Below, piece after piece: positions 1-12,584 of a stretch of 64,000 bases of DNA. Where the stretch lies: the NCBI RefSeq assembly GCF_964355755.1, contig NC_092678.1:15357881-15421880 (forward strand), given 5' to 3'. Made by a program: the position numbers and the translations under genes. Under the pieces are notes generated by a model, which saw only the letters and a program-made list of their open reading frames with translations, was not told the DNA's origin and ran no database searches. The DNA is from Antedon mediterranea. Taxonomy: Eukaryota; Animalia; Echinodermata. The first letter of the stretch is position 1. Each line of letters starts with the position of its first letter.

Positions 1-393
1 CTACACAAAATGTTGATTTGTTAGTAGAATCTAGGCTAGACCTATTTTTCTTGATCCTCATACAAATTAGTCTAGGTCTAATATTCATTTACTTGTTTTT
101 GTTTTGACTGCCATTTTCTATTTATTGATCATCGTCCACAAACTTTTCTCTTCATCATCCCCAATCCCCCAACCACTTACACTTTTATAGAATATGCACA
201 TTCGTTTTAGAGAGGAGGAAAGTGATTGGACCATAGGGGAATTAAATCCTCTGTTGATTGGACAATGGGACAACTCATGAATATTTATGATAATTTTTAC
301 CCTTAAGTTTTAGTGTTTTTTAAAAATTCTTAAGTTTTATGGGTAAATACTTCCCTTAGCCTAAGTAAGATTGGTGAATACGGCCACTGAAAT

Positions 394-640
394 TTGCTTT
401 CAAATGTTAAGGATATTACTCTACTTAACGTTGTAGTATCTCATGACTTGTCTTGGTCACATCGAGTGGAAAAGGTTACATTAGAATTCAATAAGATGCT
501 GGGTTTTATTCGACCGGATATTCTACTTCAATCCTGCTGTAACTATATAAATATGTCCAATACTGTTCTTCAATCTGGTATCTCTACCGACAATGCCACA
601 TAGATAAGATAGAGAAGATTCAAAGAAGAGATTTATACTT
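394..640 (+). mobile_element. Decayed CR1-type LINE fragment (C-terminal part of RT ORF)
   Basis: ORF 394-603 contains VVVSHDLSWSHRVEKVTLEFNKMLGFI, resembling the CR1 'LGV..s.dLsW..Hi..v..kA.r.LGfi' block. IDKIEKIQRR follows at ~600-630 in another frame. Confidence 0.65.
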
Positions 641-1489
641 CACCGGCGAATTTTGGAACAATCTTGAACTTAAATTAAACACTCGCATTAAACTCACTTT
701 TATGTTTGTCTTAAATATTGTAGACAGTCTACAGAATTGTTTCTAATTATGATTACCTAAGCTAATAAGCTAATAGATTATATTTACACTTTTGCAGCAT
801 TTACTATTTATAGAATAAAAATGTTATCTGCACTAAATAAGCCAGTGGGTAAATCTTTATGGAATTCATTTAAAAGCAATATGTTATATAACATTGAATG
901 TGAAACATTTAACAATAAAGAAACAAGTATAGACAAATGGGTAGCTTTAAGAAATAAGATTATGATAATATAATTTCTAATTTGATACGATTAACAGAAA
1001 AAGAATTACAGTGATACGGGTTACTGGTGGTACTAAGCTATTATTGTTTTTTTTTTATCATGTATATAAATATATTGTATAATCCGGGTTGTAAAATGAA
1101 AACAAACAAATGAAAATGTGTGAACTATTTTAAAACGGGATAGATGATAATGATGATCCTGTCAAGTGTATAACAAAATATAAGAAAATTAATGAAAAAA
1201 AGAGTAATACAGAATTCATATATGTAAAAATGTTACTTATGAACTGTAACGACATTTACAAGTTAAATAATACGATTTTATGTAATATGAGATAATATGA
1301 ATGTGAATAAAAGTGGTGTTTGCGCCACAAAAGAGAAAAAAAAAATATGATTACCTATTATTATTAACAGCAGGCAATTTAATGTTTATTGTTGGAGTAT
1401 CACGCCTAATTAACAGAAACTATTGGCCTCTTTTGCCACTAGCTATTGTGTGTATTGTTTTGTTTGTATAAATGTGTTTGCCGTTAAAA

Positions 1490-1853
1490 AAACATATAAA
1501 AACATAAAAAGTTTTTCATATCATGGTGCTAGTTTATGGAATACTCTAAAAAAACCAATGCAAAATGCCACAAATTTGAATACTTTCAAAAAATTATTGG
1601 TGTGATTTATTATTTATTTTGTACTCTTATCACAAATGTAATTAAGGTTTCTGTTCATATATTTTTGTTCTCTAATTTGTTATTTTTAAAATTTGTTATT
1701 TTTAAAATTTGTTATTTTTAAAATTTGTTATTTTTAAAATTTGTTATTTTTAAATGTGTAATGTACTACTGTTAGTTGATCACGGCCTTGTAGAAGAACA
1801 CCTTTATGGTGACACAAGCTTTTCCGTGTTAAAATAAAGTATTATTATTATTA
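1490..1853 (+). mobile_element. 3' fragment of an L2/Crack-group LINE with 3' UTR and (ATT)n tail
   Basis: KSFSYHGASLWNTL..NLNTFKKLL matches the C-terminus of the intact LINE ORF in this window (RSFVYYGSSLWNGL..NRFKSLV). It is followed by a short TTATTTTTAAAATTTG tandem (1675-1755), a 3' stem-loop-like segment, AATAAA and (ATT)n. Confidence 0.75.
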
Positions 1854-1873
1854 TAGAAATAAAAACACAGTAC

Positions 1874-1976
1874 CTGTCGTGGAGTGATAACGCTGCTGCT
1901 TGAACCTCACAGGCATGGGAAGAATCATGGAAATCACCTTATTAAAATGATTTTTCTTAGAACTAAGCTTTATCAT
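1874..1976 (-). CDS. Candidate first coding exon of a minus-strand gene, mitochondrial-presequence-like
   Basis: ATG..MIKLSSKKNHFNKVISMILPMPVRFKQQRYHSTT then CAG|GTACT donor (phase 1). No acidic residues, K/R/S/T-rich. No downstream exon identified in the window. Confidence 0.4.
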
Positions 1977-2014
1977 CCTATTTGAGTAAGCTAGGCCAAA
2001 TATTTCATTTTATT

Positions 2015-2212
2015 TTTTCGCGCCGCGCCTTTATGCATAATTATAATATTCAAGAGAACGGAAGCATTAGGAAACAGTTATAATGTGCAAGCTTATAGTT
2101 TACTAAGGCTGAAAAATAAGTATTTGAAACTTGGAACGTGCATGCGCAATACCCAAAGTACGTATGAGAGAGAGTCTAATAGGAATTGGTAAACACGAAC
2201 TGGGCATGCGCT
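2015..2212 (-). promoter_or_regulatory. Candidate promoter with two NRF1-like GCATGCGC motifs
   Basis: GTGCATGCGCA at ~2138-2148 and GGCATGCGC at ~2203-2211, plus CGCGCCGCGCC at ~2019, directly upstream of the candidate exon. Confidence 0.3.
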
Positions 2213-2232
2213 TAGAGAGTATATTAGTCTAG

Positions 2233-3054
2233 AGCCCTTTCTCACAGAGATGTGCCTGCAATATACCGGTACAGTGCTGGCGTCGTGCCGGTATCGTTAC
2301 CGGCATATACCCATTCTCATCGGACTATCGTGCCGGAAATATAACCGGTATATACCGGCTTTCTGTGAGAAAGGAGTCGGGCATATTCGGCCAATAAAAA
2401 GTCTCTGACAAAATAATTATTGAGGGCGTCCTTTATTGTTATTATTCTTTTGTCTAGCGATGATATGGCGGCGAATGTTAAGTTATAGATTATTATCTTC
2501 CTTTATAGCATATTTATGCAATACATGCTATGTACAGTATATTGTGCATATATTATACAGGTATAGCAATTAATTTGCCGTCATCGGCAATCTGTAAAAC
2601 ACCTTAGAAGGCTGTAGGCCTACAATTTACAAGGCGACGAAAGGTCAGGCACCAACAAAGAGCTATGGCCTAGCCTAGCGGCCTATAGATTATGCTACAA
2701 ATTTCTTCTTGTCCCCTTATTTTAAGCAGCTCTCTTATTTCATTATCCCTCCATTTCGACATTATTATTGTTAATTGAATTGAATAGGCGCCAAAGTGAT
2801 ACACTTGACCGCGCAAGGTGTCAAAGCCTTGACGGGAAACCCCGGAATATAACGGCGATACGTTCTCACAGAATGCCCGTCTGGCATTTCGGGGAATATC
2901 CCTAGAATATTACTAGGTCTAAAGCAGGTCATGTCGATGCCGGCATGATGCCGGCATGATGCCAAGACGACCCGTTCTCACAGAAAACCATACCGGCATG
3001 GTAATGGTATATTCCCGCAATATTCCTGGCACACAACTCTGTGAGAAAGGGGCT
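2233..3054. mobile_element. PIF/Harbinger-like MITE
   Basis: TIR AGCCC(C)TTTCTCACAGAG at both ends, 3-bp TSD TAG (2230-2232; 3055-3057), internal subterminal TTCTCACAG/CCGG repeats. Confidence 0.8.
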
Positions 3055-3489
3055 TAGGATAAAAATCTGAAAAGATGCTTTAGAAATCAAGTTAGGGGGA
3101 AGTAGTAGAATGTTAGAGGCAGTCAACATAGCCGTAAATTCTAATTAATCCCTTCTGATCCCTCTAAGCCCTGTTGACACTTAATTGTTTGCATTGTCTT
3201 GAAATGGCGGCCATTTTTTAAAATGGCCGTTAATTTTATATAAAATTAATCTAAATATTGTAGATTCACAATATTGGTGTCTAAAGGCATGTACTTCAGA
3301 CAAGAAATCCATTATGACACTTTTTTTTTGGCTTTATATTGAAATGGCGGCCGTTTTTTTCAAAATGGCGGCAAATGTTATATAAAAATGTGCCTACTAT
3401 ATAAATATGGTAGATTCACGATCTTGGTGTCGAAACACACGTAGGCCTATTTCAGACAAGGAATCCATTAGATTTGTAATAAAAATAAA

Positions 3490-3866
3490 AGTTGAAAAGA
3501 AATAGGTTTTTTAAAACTACTCGTATCAAAAAACCTGTACATTAAATCAAATTATATTTTAAAATTACAAATCACAACGTTTGCCTCTTGTACAAAAAAA
3601 GTTTTTTGGACAAGTAGTTCTCGAGAAAATGCAGTTTAAGTTTACTTGTTACTTTAAGACTGCTCGCCGGTTTTTGAAAATGCTCTCCTATCTTTTAACA
3701 CTAGCAGGTCTGAAAATAATACCAAAAAGTGGTCCAAAATTGGGACCGTCCAAAATGTAATGGCGTGGTACTTTACCACATATCTATCTAACCCTAATTT
3801 TGGTAAAAAGCTTGCAATATTTTATTGAGTAATCCTGCTAACAAACAGACAAACAAACAAACAAAT
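3490..3866 (+). mobile_element. Partial HINE-like (Helentron-associated) repeat; inverted paralog of 24085-24510
   Basis: Reverse-complement match to 24120-24510 (AAAACTACTCG..TTGCCTCTTGTACAAAA..TTCTCGAGAAAATG..), ending in an (AAAC)n microsatellite. Confidence 0.65.
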
Positions 3867-4029
3867 GAAAGCACTTAGAAACTGAGTGAAGTACTTGGAA
3901 AAATATATCCACTGTTAAGTTTTGCTTTAGGTATTAGCTTTACATAGTTCAAATCCTGCTGTGGTTTATAGTTGTCTAGTCTGTAAGACCTATTTGCAAT
4001 GTACAATGACTTTGTATTGGCTGTCAATG

Positions 4030-4580
4030 TATGCCGGGTATAATTTACCGTCAAGTATTATTATTATAGATATTATTTTGACGAACGTTGTGTATAGATG
4101 AAAAATAATTGTTTAAATATTAAGTACGTTTGTACGGCGGCTGTACGACGAAGGTTCGCCGTACGTGAGAAATTAGAAATTGTGATTACTGAAATGTTTG
4201 GGTACAGTATGGGTTACCCCCAAACCCGGAATATGCAGAGTACTAATAGTTCAGTTATATGATTAATACTATTTTGTTCTGTAAAGTATATGTCACAAAA
4301 TGATCTGAAACAAAAGTTGATTATTTGATTGATTAATTTATTTATTAATTGATTAATAAACTAAATTAACTACAGAAGAAAACATAATTCAATCATAATA
4401 TACATACTCAAAAAATGTATGTATTTAATCCCCAATATGCTATAATTTCAGACTATATTTACTACTACTACTGATTGTCAAACCAAAACTATTGATAATA
4501 AATCATTAATTCTTAAATTATTAGAATATCAATAAAAATCATTGTTTTAATGAAGAAAGAACAATATGTAATTAAACTTG
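4030..4580 (+). repeat. Third, more diverged copy of the segment just upstream of the GAL3ST TM exon
   Basis: Colinear with 18255-18710 and 51375-51840 (CCGGGTATAAT..AACCCGGAATATGCA..ACTACTACTGATTGTCAAA..GAAAGAACAATATGTAATTAAA). Confidence 0.75.
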
Positions 4581-5742
4581 TTAAATCACATCGATAATTA
4601 GGGAGATTTATGAAGAAACCACTGCTTAGCCATATATTAAAAACGCGTTTGTTGTACACCACAATACAGGGTAACAACATATATGGTCAAATTCATAATT
4701 TAATATTCATAGATTAACGCAATTTTTTATGACAGGAGGTGGCAGGCCAATATATGATAATTCAATATAAAAATTGCATATTTTATTAATATTACCAACT
4801 ACTTAAAACTACCGGTGGTGAGAAAGTGAACTTTTCGTTGTCCAATTGTGATGAAATTAAAACAGAATTGTTCAGCAATATATTATTGTTGTCAATTAAT
4901 CATCGACGCAGAGATATGTCAATAGAACAATCAGACTGCGCATACGATTTCTACATTGCTATGTTTTGTAACAGTTGATACGGAGTTCAATGAGCGTGTT
5001 TGTTTGATTGGCAGCAGTGCTTTAATATAGGCAAGCGCGTTGGAAAATCGTTTGATGTCACCGTCGGTGCATAACCTTCTATTCCTAAATCCATGAAAGA
5101 AATAAAGTAATTAAAATAGAAAATATTATTCTCCAATTGTGTAACATATTGTGGAAGATACTTACTAATCATTAAGTACTATTCCACGGGGTAATGTAAA
5201 ATATACATCGTGCTGTTGATAGAGCTGTACATTAGTATAGAACATTATTTAAAAAATCATACCATTAGGATTATCTATAGATCGGATATATAAATTGTAT
5301 AAAATACAGTATTACTGAACATACCTCAGTCCTCTTAACACAAGTATAGATAATTTACATTTTTGTATATGATAACTGTTATAGTAAGGTATTTGACTGT
5401 TGGTAAATGCCAAATTACAAACAATTGTAATGATTAGTATTGCAGAAATCGTGACAATATTGCTATATGGTTATATATGCAATCAATGTTAAGAAGATCA
5501 TTACCAATAAAGTAAAGAGGCTTTGAGTAAAACTCTTACGGTGCACTATATTATAATGTTGTATTTGAATGAATGAACACTTTTACTGCAAGTAGTCGAT
5601 CCATTTGGTAATTACAAACTTTTGTTTGATCTCTATCTTTTAATGAGAGTGATGTGATGCCAGTTAAATGATTAGATTTCTTCCTACAATCCATTTTGTT
5701 TCAACGTCAATATAGACCTAGACGTACTGACGTAGCCTTGTA

Positions 5743-5997
5743 ACTTGTTACTTGTTACTTGTTTGCATAGCTATCCCCATTATTTGGCCGTCATTGACCT
5801 TATGTTGACATAGCACAAAAATGAGAGACGTTAATTTTGATGAGAAGGTCATGGAACACTAATTAATTTTAAAAACAACTAAAAACCTGGGGCCTATAAC
5901 CCTTGGTAGGGATCCTGACGGGTCAAAAGGATCCCGAAACTCATCGGTGGGCAGGGGCGCTCATCTCCCTGTTCAGGACTATTCCTGATGATTACCC
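5743..5997 (-). mobile_element. 5'-truncated SINE-like insertion with (AACAAGT)n tail
   Basis: Absent at the paralogous site (32020-32030, CCTTGT|AAGTAGAAAC). Simple-repeat tail at the left end. The GGCGCTCATCTCC core resembles metazoan SINE central domains (from recall, not searched). Confidence 0.55.
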
Positions 5998-7809
5998 AAG
6001 TAGAAACACAATCTGAAGAATATCTTGTGAAAAGAGTCTGAATTGAGAAAGAGAAAGTAGAATTATTTCTCAATTTAACAAAAGCGATGCTGATCTGTAA
6101 AACACAATCAGAAAATAATTCCAACTATCAGTAAACGACAGAAATATTGAGTATTTGGCCAATTTAATTTTATCGGTATCATGGTTAATGTGAAACTCGA
6201 TGACAGCGCAAACGCAAGCTGGGGGTTCAGCATGAACGTCAGGCTAGTTATCGAAAGGTTCAACATGAGATAAAAAAATTGTTTCAGTGTTCTCAATGTA
6301 CATAATATAGTACAAAATTACGTCAGACTAGGGCAATTATATTACGAATATTAAACACCATGATACAAAGATATTACATAGATATTACAAATACAATTAA
6401 CACATATCGATTCAGTACTGCTTACTGTGGTTCGAATCTCACCCTAGTCATCAGGAAAAGTGGCAAAACGGAATACCTCAATGGGTACCGGTTAGGAAAA
6501 TACCTATCGTGATTCAATCTTTTGTGGCACGCGTGTTATTTTCCTCAAGTGTGCGCCGAACGTGAGCCGATAGCTCACAAAATTTCACTCTGCATGACAT
6601 GTTCTGATTTATTATATGTCAGCGCGTGCCGTATAGCGTAGTAAGTAATTATCCAATCAGAAAATCGTGTGCTGAAGGCGTTTTTGGAATTTTTTTAGTG
6701 ACTCAATTGCTTTTCGTGTCAGTTGGCTTATAAACACTACATACAATGTTTTCGGAACCACTGATAGGTGGCACTGTACACGACTAAAGTGTTTACGGAA
6801 CACATTCAATACTGTTCGTAGAGAGGAGAAATCAGGTAGCCAAAATGTTGACATTCTATCTTTGAATAGTTTCGAGAGGATTGCAAACCCTGAAAACATA
6901 CGAAACAGTATATATTATCTAAGCCAAAATTGAATGTTATGATTTTATTTAAATAACCTGTGACGTCACAAAGAACATCATCTTCGGCATGTCTTCGGAA
7001 GCAACGTCTTCAGAAGCATTATGATGCTCGAAAATGTCACCCAAACAAAGTTCAAGAAAACATGTCAACCCTGTTCTGATTAGTCGGTTAAAATTCTTAC
7101 GTATAATGTATGTTTTATTCATTTATATACAAATTAAAACCCAATTGGATCGTTGAGGTGGGCTTGTGTTGAGGCTAACCTGTGGGTTACAGGATCTATT
7201 CTCTACTTGGCAATGTTTATAAATATTTTCTTTTAGTTTGAGAGAGATTATTTAGATGGTAGGCTTTTAATATTTAGGTTTTTTATCAAGGCAAATTCAT
7301 TTTTTATAATTCTAAGCCGTCAGACAGATTAATGCACTAGTAGACAACAACAGACACTATCCCAACATTCACTTCCAACATCAAAATCAGTAAGTGAGAG
7401 GATGCATTCCCCGTATGGGTAATGCGTCCTATTCTCTTATCCTCTCATAATCCTTCATCAACTACAGTCATCTTCCAAGCACAGGAACATAACACACAAG
7501 TATGTGCAACATCAAAACAGTTCAAGACATGTACCAGTAGATTGAAATCCCTTCACCATGCCTTCAACAAACACTGCACAAAGTCAACGCAATTTGTACC
7601 ACCTGGTCATTTTGCTAAAACTTTCATCTTTTAATTTTTGTGCAGCGACACAACATCTATAAATGTACAGGTAACCGTTTTCATCTGGCCAGACGCAACA
7701 CATGGGATATATATCTAGTTCTGAACAACTCTGGATACTGTACGTTTTTTTTATTAACAACATGAATTAGGGTTGTCAAAGATGCGAATGCGAATTTAAG
7801 TATAGGGCT

Positions 7810-9237
7810 TGTTACAAAAGCTAATGTAGAAAACGCCAGCTAATGTCGAAACAGCCGCTAATGTAGAACAATCCACCAGCAAATGTTTGTAGAAACACCA
7901 ACAGCTTATGTAGTAAATACAAGTATACACCAGCTAATGTAGAACGGTCAACAGCTAATGTAGTAACAAAAATTGCCTCCCAGCTAATGTAGTTACTATC
8001 GCCAGCTAATGTAGAAAATTTTATATATTTTACAAACCTATGTCTAATTCATGCAAATGCATCTCTTTACTTAGCTATCTCGTAAACGACTGACTTCTAA
8101 ACGCGGCCGTCTCGAAAGCGACCATACATCGTAAACCTTCGTTAGCAACCACCTCTATTGAACGACCACCATCTCTGTTAAGGGACCGCTTCTCATAATC
8201 GCCCACCTCTTGTAAGGGATCATCTTCTCTCATAAGGGACCGCTTCTCATAATCGACCACCTCTCGTAAGCGACCACATCTTTTAACGACCACACCTCTC
8301 GTAAGTGACCAAATATTTTAAGGAACCATAACTTCTCTCTTTCTCTTAAGGGACCACTTCTCATAATATATCACATTTAGCAACGAACACCTCTCGTAAA
8401 TGACCACCTCTATTGAACGACCACCATCTCTGATTAGAGACCACTTCTCATAATACAACACCTCTACTTGATAACCTCCTCTCATAAGGGAACGCTTCTC
8501 TAAGCCGATCATCTCTCGTAAGCGACCACCTTCTTAACGACCACATCTCTCGTAGGAGACCACCTCTTTAAAGGACCACCGTTTTAAATGGGCCGCTTTT
8601 TATAATCGACCACTTCTCGTAAGCGACCACTTTTCATAACCGACCACACCTCTCGTAAGTAACCACCTCTTTGGAGGGACAACAACCTCTTTCTCTCTCT
8701 CCCTGACGATAGGTGTGTTCGTTAAGAGAGGTGGTCGATTATGAGAAGCGGTTCCTTGACAGAGACGGTGGTCGTTTAATAGTGAGGTGGTCACGTACGA
8801 GAGGTCGTTGTTACGGAAGATGGTCGATTATGAGAAACGGTCTCTTAAAAGAGATGGTGGTCCCTTAAGAGAGATGGTGGTCCTTTAAAAGAGATCGTCA
8901 CTTACGAGAGGTGTGGTCTTAAGAGAAGCTATCGATTAAGAGATAGACTGATAGCTAAGTAAAGAAATGCTTTTGCACATGATTTAGACAAATATATAAT
9001 ATTTTATACATTAACTGGCGATAGTAACTACATGCTGGGAGGAAATTTGCGTTACTACATTAGCTGTTGACCGTTCTACATTAACTGGTGTTGATTTTGT
9101 ATACATAAAAAAATTACTACATAAGCTGTTGGTGTTTCTACATTAGCTGAAGGTTTTACTACATTAGCGGTGGATTGTTCTACATTAGCGGTCGTTTCGA
9201 CATTAGCTGGCGTTTTGTACATTTGCTGTTGTAACAG
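7810..9237. mobile_element. Foldback element with (CAGCTAATGTAG)n arms enclosing a second foldback of (CGACCACCTCTCGTAAG)-type repeats
   Basis: 7810-8075 is the reverse complement of 8950-9237 (termini TGTTACA../..TGTAACA). The inner repeats switch orientation at a (TC)n centre near 8690-8705. Confidence 0.8.
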
Positions 9238-9407
9238 ATCATTTCAATTTCATAAAACACGAAGGTGTGTTTGAAGGATTATGTATTTGATAATAATTTA
9301 TATAATTGTAATATAACTTGTATTCGTGACATTTCGTAGGCCTAGAGGTTTTATATTCTCTGTACTTACTCACAAACTCGGTAAAATCATATTAGATTGT
9401 GGAAATT

Positions 9408-9422
9408 ATGAATCTATTAAAG
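9408..9422 (+). CDS. Speculative initiator exon of GAL3ST-like gene 1 (MNLLK, phase 0)
   Basis: ATG AAT CTA TTA AAG|GTAATG is conserved in unit 2 (47790-47804). Phase 0 fits the TM exon and gives MNLLKSFVFVLTSCLILCCVFY. Too short to be sure. Confidence 0.25.
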
Positions 9423-9647
9423 GTAATGTAGCTTTCTTGTTATTCTTGTCAGAATATATTTTTTTAAACAGGCTGAGCACTTATGGTTCTAGTTGTTTGC
9501 ATTGTAACGTGAACGACGTACTAGCCTATTAGAGCAATCAATAGGCTAATCTATCTCACGTATACCCATTTTACATTTTACATAATACGAACACGGTTGA
9601 ATTTATATTACGTTTGGGCCAAATAATTTTAGATTATGTTAGAGATA

Positions 9648-11075
9648 TAGTCTAGGACCTGGGTTAGATTTGTATGAATTTAATTTAGGAGAGAATATCT
9701 CAACTGTTATAGGATAATTTGACCCCAACGAACAACATGGGATCTGTGCCAAATTCGCTATCCGGGGCGAACATGCCCAAAATCGGTGTTAAAAATGTGT
9801 GGTTCTTAAATCTCGACAACCACTTGTCGTACAGATTTGATTTTGGTGTCAAATTGTTCAGAATATACATATTTATATTCGGTCTAACACAACTTTTAGC
9901 GAAAAATGCTTTACTGACCTTTGACCCAAAAATGATAAAAAACACATTTTTTGTTTAAATTATTCTTAAAAATGCCAATGGACAAACTGTATGGTATCAA
10001 ATGAAAGCATACACAATATGCTACCCATTGCTACCCAACTTGTATTGAAAATGTTTAATTATGAAGCTAATTGTATGGAAAATGTGCATATTTCGATTAC
10101 TTTTATAGACAAAAAATGAATATTTGGTAGCGTAATTGTTTTGTTTATTTATCTAATATTAAATAATTTAAGTGTTTGGAAAAAAATATTTGGTATCAAA
10201 TGAAATCCCATAAAATATTCTATCAATTGCTAACCGACTTGTATCTGTAAATCTGTAATTATGATGCTAATTTTGTTAAAAATGTGCATATTTTTTTTTT
10301 TTTACAAAAATGATTATATTAAATAGTGTAAATTTATTTTGGTTTATTTATACCTATTAAATAATTCTTAAAAAGTGTTCTTTTGGTGTCAAATTGTTCA
10401 GAATATACATATTTATATTCGGTCTAACACAACTTTTAGCGAAAAAAAGACCGGAAATGCTTTTACTGACTTTTGACCCAAACAACACATTTTCGGTTTA
10501 ATTATTCTTCAAAATGCCAATGGACAAACTGTTCTTCAAAAAACTTAAATTATTTAATATTATATAAATAAACATAACAATTACGCTACCAAATATTCAT
10601 TTTTTTTGTATGAAATTAATCAAAATATGCACATTTTCCATACAATTAGCTTCATAATTAAACATTTTTAATACAAGTTGGGTAGCAATGGGTAGCATAT
10701 TGTATATGCTTTCATTTGATACCATACAGTTTGTCCATTGGCATTTTAAAGAATAATTCAACAGAAAATGTGTTTTGGGGTCAAAGGTCAGTAAAAGCAT
10801 TTCCGGTCATTTTTTCGCAAAAGTTGTGTTAGACCGAATATAAATATGTATATTCTGAACAATTTGACACCAAAAGCAAATCTGTACGATAAGTGGTTGT
10901 CGAGATATAAGAACCATACATTTTTTACATTTGACCCCAGTTTTGGGCATGTTCGCCCCGGATAACGAATTTGGCACATATCCCATGTTGTTCCTTGGGG
11001 TCAAATTATCCTATAGTAGTTAAGATATTCTCTCTTAAATTAAATGCATACAAATCTTACCCAGGTCCTAGACTA
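9648..11075. mobile_element. Academ-like non-autonomous element with ~500-bp inverted arms
   Basis: Termini TAGTCTAGGACCTGGG/CCCAGGTCCTAGACTA (TAG..CTA), 3-bp TSD ATA, empty site in unit 2 at ~48015. 10380-10530 is a direct internal copy of 9840-9990. Confidence 0.85.
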
Positions 11076-11192
11076 ATAAATATAGTATAGTTAGCCAGGT
11101 TCATCGGCGCATCTAGCAGAAAAGATACTAAAACTCTGTTATATTTTTAAGTTTTGCTGATAAAATATTATCTTTGCCGCATTTAACAACTT

Positions 11193-11631
11193 AGACACCT
11201 TACATACGTTTTTTAGATCTAATTTAAGATCACAAACTATATTTAATGTCAATAATACTATATGGTCCTATGGCGATAACTGTTTACGTCTTTAAATGGT
11301 TAAACATTTGAAAAATAAGTCGATTCTAATAATTATAGCGGCCCGCTATAAATCCCAAAATGCATTGCGCGCGGATTGATATTTTTGTTTTTCTTCTGTA
11401 ATTCACCCACTTTTCGATCGATCGTGAGGCCAAAATGGAAGACTCCTATTACTTTTCAGCGAAAATACCGGGTTTTCTCCAATTTGTATCAACGGAGTCT
11501 GGCAAAAAAAACTTTTTATCGTAATTTACCATAAAACGTACGTTTAAGACAAGGAATGACCTGGTTTAATGTTTTTAAAGTAATACATATGTATTATTTT
11601 TACAAAACGACACAAATTGTAGGAAAGGTTT
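11193..11631. mobile_element. Decayed Kolobok-like MITE
   Basis: Absent in unit 2 (48181-48200). Imperfect TIR (AGACACCT../..AAGGTTTCT) followed by TTAA. Related fragments at 12527-12583 and ~63160-63410. Confidence 0.55.
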
Positions 11632-12584
11632 CTTTAATTTTCAACGGATAAATCTTAAACGTTTGAAATGCAAACCGCACGTTGACCCACATACAAAATC
11701 GGTATCACGTACGGTAAGATGTGTATATAATTATATATATTTTTTTTATAAGATGACGTAGAACGCGATTTTTACCCATACATATATGGATACGGAGGTT
11801 GTAAGTATGACGTACTGTATACCCCTTTAACTTCACGAGCATGCTGATGATCATGGTGTGTCGTCAATGGTTTAGTCGTATTAAATTTGTCCATATTTGC
11901 AAATAATCTGATTTATATATAGGTTTCAAATTATACGAAGCTTCATGTTGACCGATGAAATGAAATTTAAATAATCCGCAGCAACATTGCCAGTCTTAAT
12001 ATGTCAGAGGGAACAGATTAGGCCTATTTTAGAGTGTACAGTATGAAACAAACGTAGTATCACGATAGGAGAAATCTTTGCCTTGGAGCTCATTTGCATA
12101 GACATACAGGCTTAAGGCAAGTCTGTCTAATACGGTTTAACATTTAACGCACCCAGGTTAAGATCATGAAGTTATGCAATAGAACATTCCAGTTAATTGT
12201 CTGCAACTGCATCTGCATCTTTTATAACTGCTATCTTATATTTTAAATATCTTAAGTCTGTTATGAATCTGGGGTTTAATAATTCGACCATATCCTAAAT
12301 ATGGAGTTGGATCACAGTTCCCAATACAGTACATACATTAATGTAATAGTTGGCGCCGTCAAACTAATTCCACCATACATAGGCACAGCAAGTCTCGTCT
12401 ACTTCACTGGCTTTTGTTAATTTTGGACTGAAGTTCTTGCTTCCAATATAATATTCATCCCTCTGTTTCTTTGAAAGTGCACAGCGTTAAATAGATGTTG
12501 GAAATTTGCTCCTTGTCATATTTTCTTTAAAGCCCCATTCCCTACGTTTTTTAGATCTAATTTAAGATCACAAACTATATTTAA

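Noticed and set aside
5905-6010. Hammerhead-ribozyme-like words (GGGATCC..GGATCCC-GAAAC, CTGATGA)
   Set aside because: The motifs are in the wrong order or lack a valid stem II. The GAAAC after CTGATGA belongs to the flanking host sequence. A SINE fragment explains the region.
7330-7720. Possible decayed coding (transposase-like) sequence on the minus strand
   Set aside because: Multiple stops and no motif I can identify.
8075-8940. Short ORFs with repeated EVVDYEKRSL motifs
   Set aside because: Translations of foldback subterminal repeats.
9700-11004. Mirror-image ORFs on opposite strands
   Set aside because: Artefact of the inverted arms of the Academ-like element.
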